From assembly GCA_030059665.1 (NCBI GenBank), contig JANVYR010000001.1, forward strand, positions 39,203 through 103,202: a DNA stretch of 64,000 bases. The letters are read 5' to 3'. Source of the stretch: Candidatus Calditenuis fumarioli. GTDB taxonomy: Archaea; Thermoproteota; Nitrososphaeria_A; Caldarchaeales; Calditenuaceae. Position 1 is the first letter of the stretch. Each line of letters begins with the position of its first letter. Positions 37,568 to 45,100 of the stretch are shown in pieces. The notes under the pieces were generated by a model. The model had not been told where the DNA came from. It did not search any database and worked only from the letters and a program-made list of their open reading frames with translations. The translations under genes and the position numbers were made by a program.

Positions 37568-38938
37568 ATGCTTAAAGATGAGCAAACAAGGAGTGCGAAA
37601 TGGATGTCGGAACGAGAAGTAGACCGAAGGCGACACGAATTAAAAGCAAAGAAAGCAAGGGAATTAAAACCAGATAAACTAACGTTAGAACCTCGAAGGA
37701 TCTACGTAAAGGACTTCGGCCCTATCAGGGAGGCTGATATTGAGTTGGGTAAGTTAACAATACTCATGGGACCGAATAACACAGGCAAGACCTTTACAGC
37801 TGCGCTGATACCTGCTCTAGAAGGTCTGATCATTAGCCTAACAATTATTGCAAGTGTGCCAATTTTCAAGTCTGATGAAAAGGAATATGAAAGATTTCTC
37901 AAAAACAGATTTAATGAGATTGTAATTAACATATATTCGGTTGATGATCCGAGACAGCTTATCAGACGAGGTTCTGATAATACAGTTTTAAGCTATTGGT
38001 TAAGTCCTATTGAAGTTTTGAAAGGAGATCACCAATTAAAAATAGAGTTCGATAGAACAGGTGGGATGACTTTTGATTTAGATGGGCTTAGGGAGTTGAT
38101 CAATAATAAAATAGCCCCCCTGTTATCTCCTGTTGTTTTCATACCTGCCGAGAGGGCAGGAATAATGAGGACCTACAAGCAGCTGCTCAGACTTCACTTA
38201 GAGACGAGCTGGTCTTTTGTTCCTCCATCGCTCAGGCAAAAGGTCGTGGAACTGTTAGGCAGCAAAGTGCGGCTTCCTGGACTCGTGAGGATGCTACTTG
38301 ACGAGATACTCAGCATAGAGAGGTTCACCTTAGAGGAACGGCAGAGGTCCGATGTAGGAGGAGCACTAGAAGTGCTGGAGGAAGAAGTTCTGCGAGGAAG
38401 GTTAGAAATGGGGGAAGACCTTTCGGTAAAGTATCACGAGGCGGCAGCTGAGAACCCAATAGACCTGATTAATGCATCCTCCATGGTATCCGAAGTCTCA
38501 GCAATCTACCTGCTGTCTGGAATGTTGAGACGCGGCGGGTGGCTAATCATCGAGGAACCGGAGGCCCATGTCCATCCACGGGGACAGATGGGACTGGCCA
38601 GGTTCATGGCCAGGCTGGTCCGACTCGGCGTGAACGTCGTTGCCACCACCCACAGCGACCTGATAGCGCTCAAGCTGGCGCAGATGGTCGGCCTCGCCAA
38701 ACTAAGCCCAGAGCAGCGGCGCAGTCTCGGGTACCGGGAAGACGAGTACCTCCAGAAGGACGAGCTCGCCCTTTACTTCTTTGAGCCGACGGAGAGCGGC
38801 TCCGTGACAAGGAAGGTGGAGGTCTCGGAGACCGGTGAGGTGGAGGACCTACCAACATATTCTAGAGTTACGGAGGAGATGTACGGTGAAGCCGTCAAAT
38901 TGCTCGAGCTTCATGGGAAAATTCCAAAACTACCTTAA
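37568..38938 (+). CDS. AAA_15/AAA_21-family SMC-like ABC ATPase (OLD/PtuA/GajA/AriA-like ATPase subunit of defence systems)
   Basis: 456 aa, or 444 aa if it starts at the internal MSEREV at 37604, which sits about 28 nt downstream of a TTAAAG TATA-like element. Motifs:
- Walker A: GPNNTGKT.
- Q-loop-like: FIPAERAG.
- Walker B / D-loop: WLIIEEPEAHVHP.
- H-loop: VVATTHS.
- A long helical insert between the ATPase half-sites. Confidence 0.7.
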   Translation: MLKDEQTRSAKWMSEREVDRRRHELKAKKARELKPDKLTLEPRRIYVKDFGPIREADIELGKLTILMGPNNTGKTFTAALIPALEGLIISLTIIASVPIFKSDEKEYERFLKNRFNEIVINIYSVDDPRQLIRRGSDNTVLSYWLSPIEVLKGDHQLKIEFDRTGGMTFDLDGLRELINNKIAPLLSPVVFIPAERAGIMRTYKQLLRLHLETSWSFVPPSLRQKVVELLGSKVRLPGLVRMLLDEILSIERFTLEERQRSDVGGALEVLEEEVLRGRLEMGEDLSVKYHEAAAENPIDLINASSMVSEVSAIYLLSGMLRRGGWLIIEEPEAHVHPRGQMGLARFMARLVRLGVNVVATTHSDLIALKLAQMVGLAKLSPEQRRSLGYREDEYLQKDELALYFFEPTESGSVTRKVEVSETGEVEDLPTYSRVTEEMYGEAVKLLELHGKIPKLP

Positions 38939-39317
38939 ACACAGAAGCTCGGACCTGCAGTTTTACGACTTCGAGAACGCAGTGTTAACTGTGAACGGCG
39001 TGGAGAAAGCTAAGGGCGGGTGCGACTATGCCGTATTATCAAACGAAGGGGAGAACTGCAACCTCATACTCGTTGAGTGCAAGCGCGGACGACTTGGGGT
39101 AAGAGATTTCGAGCAAGGGAAAGCGCAGCTAGAGTGTGGGATCCGCTTCATTTTCAACGCGTTCGGCGAACCGCCTGATTTGGCGGTCCTATGCTGCGAG
39201 AAACTCGATCCTATGGTAACCAAGATTCTACAACTACCCAAAAACCAAAGATTGGTCCATAATGTCCCGCTCATCCGCAAAGGGCTAAAAGAATCCGATT
39301 GTAGATGCTGCCGCTAA
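38913..39317 (+). CDS. Small protein with a PD-(D/E)xK nuclease-like core (candidate effector partner of the ATPase)
   Basis: 134 aa from the internal M (MGKFQNYLKHR...). It overlaps the ATPase 3' end by 26 nt in a different frame. GGCDYAVLSNEGENCNLILVECKRG gives a D ... (18 aa) ... E-x-K pattern with a hydrophobic beta-strand before ExK. The C-terminus is Cys-rich (ESDCRCCR). The track ORF begins 26 codons earlier, with no ATG there. Confidence 0.45.
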   Translation: MGKFQNYLKHRSSDLQFYDFENAVLTVNGVEKAKGGCDYAVLSNEGENCNLILVECKRGRLGVRDFEQGKAQLECGIRFIFNAFGEPPDLAVLCCEKLDPMVTKILQLPKNQRLVHNVPLIRKGLKESDCRCCR

Positions 39318-39383
39318 TGAGATTCGACCTCTTTCTCACTCTCGTGCACTTCAACCGGAAATCTCAACTCGTAGAAATCGTTG

Positions 39384-39472
39384 AGCCCCGGGAGGGATTC
39401 GAACCCTCGACCACCGGCTCACCCGGATCAGGGTCATACGAGGCCGGCGCTCTACCGCTGAGCTACCGGGGC
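39384..39472 (-). tRNA. tRNA-Thr (anticodon CGU) with a 17-nt intron after position 37
   Basis: Minus-strand cloverleaf: acceptor gccccgg/ccggggc, U8, D-arm gctc-agcggta-gagc, anticodon stem ccggc/gccgg with loop cuCGUa + intron tgaccctgatccgggtg + a, variable tggtc, T-arm gaggg-ttcgaat-ccctc, discriminator U. Total 89 nt. Confidence 0.7.
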
Positions 39473-39493
39473 CCTCGGCCGTATCGCCCTACC

Positions 39494-39509
39494 AGTTTGA
39501 ATTTAACCC
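39494..39509 (-). promoter_or_regulatory. Putative TATA box for tRNA-Thr
   Basis: The minus-strand sequence gggttaaattcaaactgg is centred about 30 nt upstream of the tRNA 5' end. Confidence 0.45.
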
Positions 39510-39518
39510 TCAGCCCCG

Positions 39519-39953
39519 TCAACGCCGTCTGGGCCTCGAGAGCCCCCAGCTGACCTTCTTCTCAGGAACAAGCTTGATCACCACCGCCTCGCCCTCGTCC
39601 CAGGGGTCGGCCCGGGCCCACTCGAACCTCTCGTAGAACACCTCCGAGACCCTCCTGAACTCCTCTCCGGAGGTCAGAAGCTCGACGGGCCCCTCGACGA
39701 GGACTGCCCTGTTGGGCTTGTAGACGTCGACGACCAGCGCCGCGTAGGGGTTCCTCTCGAGGTTCCTGTGCTTCTTGGTTCCGGGATCCGTGACCATGTA
39801 GAACGCGCCGTCGAGGTAGACGTAGCAGATCGGTACGACGTGGGGCCTGCACCGCTCGTCGACCGTCGCCAAGCGGCAGAGCTCCATCCTCCTGAGGAAC
39901 TCCAGCTCGGCATCCGTGAAGCTCACCGGGGCCACAACCGTCCTGCCGCACAA
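39519..39953 (-). CDS. Pyridoxamine 5'-phosphate oxidase-like FMN-binding family protein (PPOX class, possibly F420/FMN dependent)
   Basis: 144 aa. ELEFLRRMELCRLATVDERCRPHVVPICYVYLDGAFYM is typical of the PNPOx-like split-barrel family. Confidence 0.7.
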   Translation of the reverse strand: MCGRTVVAPVSFTDAELEFLRRMELCRLATVDERCRPHVVPICYVYLDGAFYMVTDPGTKKHRNLERNPYAALVVDVYKPNRAVLVEGPVELLTSGEEFRRVSEVFYERFEWARADPWDEGEAVVIKLVPEKKVSWGLSRPRRR

Positions 39954-40479
39954 CGGCCTAATACCGCTATCCCGATCCGCGGAGCCGGAAATTCCCGTTT
40001 ATTACGCGGTGGGGAAGTGCTGGGCCGAATTGTGGCTCGAGGAGTTCCGGGAGGGGATGACGCTCTCAACGCGGAGCAGAACCGTTACGCCCTCCGATGT
40101 GGACCTCTTCGCATCGCTCACTTGGGCCGTCAACCCGATCTTCCTCAGCGACGAGGTGGCGAGGTCCAGGGGCCTTCCCGGTAGGGTCGCACCGGGAGCG
40201 CTGACCCTCTCCTACGCGATCGGCCTCCTCTACCAGACCGGAGTCTTCGACCACATACAGGCGCTGACCAGGATATCGGAGGTCGAGTTCAAGTCTCCCG
40301 TAAGGCCTGGCGACGAGATCTCGGTCGAGGCCGAGGTGGTTGAAGTCAGGGAGGTGAGGCAGGACGCCGGTGCGGTCACTTTGAGGTTCAGGGTGCAGAA
40401 CCTCAGCTCCGGAAGGACCTCGCTGACCGGGTCGCTAACCGTCATCGTCCTCAAATCGAGGCCGCAGGGCTCTAAGTGA
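39916..40479 (+). CDS. MaoC-like (R)-hydratase/dehydratase, hotdog fold
   Basis: 187 aa. RTVTPSDVDLFASLTWAVNPIFLSDEVARSRGLPGRVAPGALTLSYAIGLL is the MaoC dehydratase signature. The start is uncertain: it could be at an internal GTG, or the ATG at 39916 overlapping the divergent gene by 38 nt. Confidence 0.65.
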   Translation: MKLTGATTVLPHNGLIPLSRSAEPEIPVYYAVGKCWAELWLEEFREGMTLSTRSRTVTPSDVDLFASLTWAVNPIFLSDEVARSRGLPGRVAPGALTLSYAIGLLYQTGVFDHIQALTRISEVEFKSPVRPGDEISVEAEVVEVREVRQDAGAVTLRFRVQNLSSGRTSLTGSLTVIVLKSRPQGSK

Positions 40480-40550
40480 AAGAGTGCGAGCTCCCACCGG
40501 AATCGGCACTAACCGATTTATCCAGGGCCGGCGACGTGAACACGGAGAGG

Positions 40551-41264
40551 ATGGAGTTCAGGATCAGCCGGATCGCCCCGAGGGCGAAGGTCCTCGTGAC
40601 GGGCCTGCCGGACATGGGGAACGTGGCCGGGATATCGATGGAGGTACTGGTGAGGTCCTGCAACCTCGAGGAGTTCGCATCGGCCCTCGGAGACTGGCCG
40701 CCGTTCGTCACCCACACCGGCAGCATGATCAGGTTCGAGCGGGGTTGGTACAGGTTCTACGGAAGCGACGCCCACGATTTCGTCGCGCTGACCGGGAGCT
40801 ATCAGCCGCCAGAGTCGAACGCGCTTTACGAGCTCTGCAACGCGGTGCTCGACCTGGCCCAGTCGATAGGCGTGGAGACCGTCATCTCGCTCGGCGCAGC
40901 CCACTTCGGCGAGGGCTTCATCGAGAACCCAAGGGTGTTCTTCGCGGCAACCTCCGAGCGGATGGCTGAGAAGGCCAGGCTTCACGGCGCTCTGCCGTTG
41001 CCTGACGAGGGTTACATCACGGGCTACAACGGGCTCATCCACGGCCTCGCGATGGAGCGGGGCATGGAGGGCCTCTGCCTGCTGGGCGAGATCGGGAACC
41101 CGCGAGTCAGGCAGCCGGCCGCGGCCAAGGCCGTCCTCCAGGTCCTCTCCTCGATGCTGAACGTCTCGATCGACTACACCGACTTGGACAGGGAGATAGA
41201 GCAGATGAGAGCGATGAGGGCCCTCAGGAGGTGGAGGAGGGACCAGCCGCCTGGCGTCATGTGA
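40551..41264 (+). CDS. PAC2-family protein (proteasome assembly chaperone-like, PbaA/PbaB-type)
   Basis: 237 aa from the internal M (MEFRISRIAPRAKVLVTGLPDMGNVAGISMEVLV...). This resembles the PAC2 N-terminal G-rich loop. The track ORF starts 25 codons upstream, overlapping the MaoC gene. Confidence 0.5.
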   Translation: MEFRISRIAPRAKVLVTGLPDMGNVAGISMEVLVRSCNLEEFASALGDWPPFVTHTGSMIRFERGWYRFYGSDAHDFVALTGSYQPPESNALYELCNAVLDLAQSIGVETVISLGAAHFGEGFIENPRVFFAATSERMAEKARLHGALPLPDEGYITGYNGLIHGLAMERGMEGLCLLGEIGNPRVRQPAAAKAVLQVLSSMLNVSIDYTDLDREIEQMRAMRALRRWRRDQPPGVM

Positions 41265-42036
41265 GCCGCAGCAGCCTCCTGATCAGGTACCTGAGGTTCC
41301 AGATGGCGAAGGTCAGGACGTCGTTCAGACCGAGCTTGCTCTTGCCCGAGAGGCGCGGCCTGAACCTGATCGGCACCTCGACTATCCTTGCGCCTGCCCT
41401 GAAGTAAGCGGCGAGGGTCTCGACCTGGAAGACGTAACCCTTCGTGGAAGGCGGTATGCCGGAAAGGACCCGGAGGAGCAGCGAGGAGGAGATGGCCCTG
41501 TAGCCGCTGGTGGCGTCCCTCACCCTGACGCCAGTGCAAAGCCTCGCGAGGAGGTTCGCGCCCCTACTGACGATCTCCCTGAGGCCCTGCCCTCCCTCCC
41601 ATCCTCCGCCCTCCACGTACCTGGACCCGATCGCGACGTCCGCCTCTCCGGAGAGAACAGGCATCACGAGCCTCGGAAGGTCTTTTGGGTCGTGGCTTCC
41701 GTCGGCGTCCATCTCGACCAGCACCCGGACCGATTCGTCCTCCTCCAACGCCCTCCGGAAGCCCTCGAGGTAGGCGCTTCCGATCCCGGACTTGGCCGGC
41801 CTCACGATCAGCCTCACGCGCCTCTCGGTGGACATCAGCTGCCTCACCAGCTCCGCGGTACCGTCGGGGCTGCTGTCGTCCACCACCGTCACGGTGCCGT
41901 CGAGTCCAGCCCTATTCATCGCCTCCAGGACCTCGCCGAGGACCCTGAGGACGTTGCCCGCCTCGTTGTAGGTCGGGATGATCACCGCCACCCTTCGCGG
42001 CCCTGCACCCTCTCCACCCGTGCCGGATCCGCCCAA
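41257..42036 (-). CDS. Glycosyltransferase family 2 (dolichol-phosphate mannosyltransferase Dpm1-like)
   Basis: 259 aa. VAVIIPTYNEAGNV, DDSSPDGT, and a DxD-like EMDADGSHDP motif. Confidence 0.8.
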   Translation of the reverse strand: MGGSGTGGEGAGPRRVAVIIPTYNEAGNVLRVLGEVLEAMNRAGLDGTVTVVDDSSPDGTAELVRQLMSTERRVRLIVRPAKSGIGSAYLEGFRRALEEDESVRVLVEMDADGSHDPKDLPRLVMPVLSGEADVAIGSRYVEGGGWEGGQGLREIVSRGANLLARLCTGVRVRDATSGYRAISSSLLLRVLSGIPPSTKGYVFQVETLAAYFRAGARIVEVPIRFRPRLSGKSKLGLNDVLTFAIWNLRYLIRRLLRLT

Positions 42037-42096
42037 GTCGCCTCCCCGGATTCCCGAACTTTCCGCTCATACCTCCTCAAAACTTAAATCTGGGGC

Positions 42097-42429
42097 ATGG
42101 GATCTGGTGGGCGAATAATGGTGGATTCGTGTCCCACGTGCGGCCTGCCGAGGAGCCTGTGCGTCTGCCAAACGATCGCCTACGAGAAGCAGAAGGTGAA
42201 GGTCAAGCTGGAGACGAAGAAGTGGAACAAGGTCACGACCGTGATCGAGGGGCTGGCCGACTCGGGGATAGACCTGGAGGACCTGACGTCGAAGCTGAAG
42301 ACGAAGTGCGCCTGCGGTGGTGCGGTCAAGAACGGCGTCATCATGCTCCAGGGCGACCAGCGGGAGAAGGTCGTGAGGATCCTCTCGCAGGAGCTCGGGA
42401 TCATGCCGGAGAACATAGAGGTCATCTGA
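42097..42429 (+). CDS. Translation initiation factor SUI1 (aIF-1/eIF1)
   Basis: 110 aa with the SUI1 fold (KVKVKLETKKWNKVTTVIEGL...GGAVKNGVIMLQGDQREKV). An alternative ATG 7 codons downstream (MVDSCPTCG) sits about 30 nt after a TTAAAT box, suggesting a leaderless start. Confidence 0.85.
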   Translation: MGSGGRIMVDSCPTCGLPRSLCVCQTIAYEKQKVKVKLETKKWNKVTTVIEGLADSGIDLEDLTSKLKTKCACGGAVKNGVIMLQGDQREKVVRILSQELGIMPENIEVI

Positions 42430-42507
42430 GGTCGTTCGTCATAGGTATGGCTGGGAAGGAGAGGACGATAAAACGGAGAAGAAACGAAGCGAACGGCTAC
42501 GCGCCTA

Positions 42508-43461
42508 TCAGCCGGAGACCTCTGCGGGCTGCTTCCCCTCGAGGACCTCCTTCAAACCCTTGAACCTGTTCCTCACCGTTACCTCGGTGACGCCCGCGGC
42601 CCTCGCGATGTCCTTCTGGGTCACGTTCTGCATCGTCTCCTGGCAGGCCATGTAGAGCGCTGCGGCCGCTATGCCGACCGGGTCCTTCCCGATGGTGGCA
42701 CCCCGCTTCGCGGCCTCCTTGAGCAGCCTGATCGCCTCCTGCACCGTCCGCTCGTCGACGTTGACCTTCGAGGCTATCTTGGAGACGTAGATCGACGGAT
42801 CCGTGACGGGCACCTTCAGGTTCAGGTGCTTCAGCATCAACCGGTAACCCTGCGCGATCGTCTTCCTCTTCACGAGCGGGTACGCCTTCTCGAACTCCCT
42901 CAGGTCCCTCGGCACACCGCTGAGCCTGCAGGCAGCGTAGACCGCAGCCGCCATGATGCTCCTGATCGACCTGCCCCTGACGAGCCCTGCCTTGAGCGCC
43001 TTCCTGTAGATCAGCATCGCCTGCTCAGCGACTGACTGGGGAAGGTTCAGCTTGTCCATGTAGATGCCGAGGATGTTCGCCGCCTGCTGGAGGTTCCTGG
43101 TCTCGGACGCGTTGACCTGCGAGGTCTGGTCGAGCTTCTTCAGCCTCAGCATCTTCTCCTTCGCCTCCTTCGGGAGCTTCCTTCCTCCGGCGTCCTCGCT
43201 GGTCTGGTCGATCACCGTCGAGAGCCCGAAGTCCTTGTACATGATCGAGAGCGGAGCGCCGGCCCTGGCCTTGCTTCCCTCTCCCTCCTCGACGTTCCTC
43301 CACTCCGGTCCCCTGTTGACGCCGCGCTCTATGACGACCGCACCGCACTCCTGGCATGAGACCTCTCCCGTGACCGGATCGGTGACGAGCTTCGTGCTGC
43401 CGCACTCCGGGCACATCAGGTCCTCCCTCCAAGCCCTTACCTTACCGCTCATCTGGTCCAC
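42508..43461 (-). CDS. tfb: Transcription initiation factor IIB (TFB)
   Basis: 317 aa. An N-terminal zinc ribbon CPECGS...CQECG, a B-reader/linker, and two cyclin-fold repeats. Confidence 0.9.
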   Translation of the reverse strand: MDQMSGKVRAWREDLMCPECGSTKLVTDPVTGEVSCQECGAVVIERGVNRGPEWRNVEEGEGSKARAGAPLSIMYKDFGLSTVIDQTSEDAGGRKLPKEAKEKMLRLKKLDQTSQVNASETRNLQQAANILGIYMDKLNLPQSVAEQAMLIYRKALKAGLVRGRSIRSIMAAAVYAACRLSGVPRDLREFEKAYPLVKRKTIAQGYRLMLKHLNLKVPVTDPSIYVSKIASKVNVDERTVQEAIRLLKEAAKRGATIGKDPVGIAAAALYMACQETMQNVTQKDIARAAGVTEVTVRNRFKGLKEVLEGKQPAEVSG

Positions 43462-43569
43462 CTACCTCCGACAGGGTTTATGCGGAACCCCATCAACCAC
43501 AAATAAGTTTTACCTTTAGATAAATGTTGCGGTAAATGGCGTGCCGGCGTTATTCCGGTATCACTTGAA

Positions 43570-44997
43570 TTAGCTCCGATCGGCCCTCGGACCTGTAACG
43601 CGCCACCTCGGGCCCCTGGACGTGTCCTCAACGACGATGCCGAGCGCGGAGAGCCCTGACCTTATCGAGTCGGCGAGGTCGAACCGGCGTTCTCGCCTCA
43701 GGGTCTCCCTCACCTCCAGCAGGAGGCCGAGGACGCCCTCCAGTAGCCTGCTCTCGGAGGCCCGCTCCTCCGGCAGGATGCCGAGCAACCCGTCCGCAAC
43801 GGCCATCAACCCCTCCGCCTCGACCAGAACGCTGCGGGAGACCTCCTCGCTGTCCTCGAGGTACCTCGCGAGAAGGCGGGTGCCCGCGTGGAGCGACGCG
43901 AGGGCCTCGGGCGTGTTCAGGTCGTCCTCCAGCTGTCCGACGAACGAGTCCCGAAGAGTCCTCAAACGTCCGGCGACCTCCGCGTCCCGCTCCGACTCCT
44001 CGTCCCTGACGTCCCTACGCCGCAGCTCGTCGACGACCGAGACTATGCCGTCAAGGGCCCTCGAGGCCGACTCGAGCTTCTCCCAGTCGAACTCGATGGG
44101 GCTCCTGTAGTGCGACGCCGCGTAGAAGTACCTGAGCTCCTCGGCCCTGAACCTCCTCAGCACTTCTCTTATCGTGACGATGTTCCCGAGCGACTTGGAC
44201 ATCTTCTCTCCTCCCACGGTTAGTAGGCCGGTGTGGACCCAGAACCTGCTGAAGGGAGCGACGCCGGAGTAGGCCTCTGCCTGGACCCGTTCCGCCTCGT
44301 GGTGCGGGAAGATCAGCTCGATCGCGCCTCCGTGTATGTCCAGCTGGGGTCCGAAGTAGGTGAGGATGATCGCGGTGTCCTCTATGTGCCAACCCGGCCT
44401 CCCGTACCCCCACGGCGAGTCCCACCCCAGCTCCTCTTTGGGCCTCCGCTTCCAGAGCGCGAAGTCCTGGGGTCGCTTCTTGGTCGGATCGGGCTCGATC
44501 CTGTGGACGCTCAGCTCCTCCGGCTCCCTTCCCGACAGCTCTCCGTATGGCCCGAAGGCAGAGGTGTCGAAGTAGACGCCGGTCTCCGTGACGTACGCGA
44601 AACCCTTCCTAAGCAGCTCCTCGATGACCGAGATGATCTCGTCGATGTGTTCCGATGCCCTGGCGAAGAGGTTTACGCTGGAGATCCTCAGGTCCCTCAG
44701 GTCCTCCATGAAGTACCTCTCGAACTCCCTCGCGTGCTCGATCGGGTCTACACCACGCTCTGCTGCACGTTGGATGATCTTGTCGTCCACGTCGGTGATG
44801 TTCATCAGGTAGAAGAGCGAGTACCCCCGGAACCTCAGCAACCTCGCGAGGAAGTCGTAGGAGATGTAGGTCCTCGCGTGGCCGACGTGGGAGTAATCGT
44901 ACACCGTGGGACCGCAAACGTACATCTTCACCCTGTTGGACCTCGCTGGCCTGAACTCCTCAACCCTCCTGGTCAGGGAGTTGTAGAGCCGCAGCAC
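43570..44997 (-). CDS. cysS: Cysteine--tRNA ligase
   Basis: 475 aa. HIGH motif (HVGHAR) and KMSKS are present; class I CysRS architecture. Confidence 0.9.
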   Translation of the reverse strand: MLRLYNSLTRRVEEFRPARSNRVKMYVCGPTVYDYSHVGHARTYISYDFLARLLRFRGYSLFYLMNITDVDDKIIQRAAERGVDPIEHAREFERYFMEDLRDLRISSVNLFARASEHIDEIISVIEELLRKGFAYVTETGVYFDTSAFGPYGELSGREPEELSVHRIEPDPTKKRPQDFALWKRRPKEELGWDSPWGYGRPGWHIEDTAIILTYFGPQLDIHGGAIELIFPHHEAERVQAEAYSGVAPFSRFWVHTGLLTVGGEKMSKSLGNIVTIREVLRRFRAEELRYFYAASHYRSPIEFDWEKLESASRALDGIVSVVDELRRRDVRDEESERDAEVAGRLRTLRDSFVGQLEDDLNTPEALASLHAGTRLLARYLEDSEEVSRSVLVEAEGLMAVADGLLGILPEERASESRLLEGVLGLLLEVRETLRRERRFDLADSIRSGLSALGIVVEDTSRGPRWRVTGPRADRS

Positions 44998-45100
44998 AAT
45001 CGGTCATGCACCTTCCCCGCATCACCTCCGGCTACTCATCTACCTTTTCCCGGAGGAGGGCGTTCCGAACAGGGCGAGCACCGGCATTTCTCCACCGCCG

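Larger units (their letters stand above)
37500..39384. other. Low-GC genomic islet between two tRNA genes (putatively horizontally acquired); carries the ATPase + small nuclease-like gene pair
   Basis: GC falls from about 65% in the flanks to about 35-40% at the 5' end of the ATPase gene and rises gradually through the islet. It is bounded by tRNA-Gly (+) and tRNA-Thr (-). No integrase is recognisable. Confidence 0.5.

Noticed and set aside
38835-38912. First 26 codons of track ORF 38835..39317
   Set aside because: This region lies entirely inside the ATPase coding region and has no ATG. The first Met (MGKFQN) at 38913 is the more plausible start of the small nuclease-like gene.
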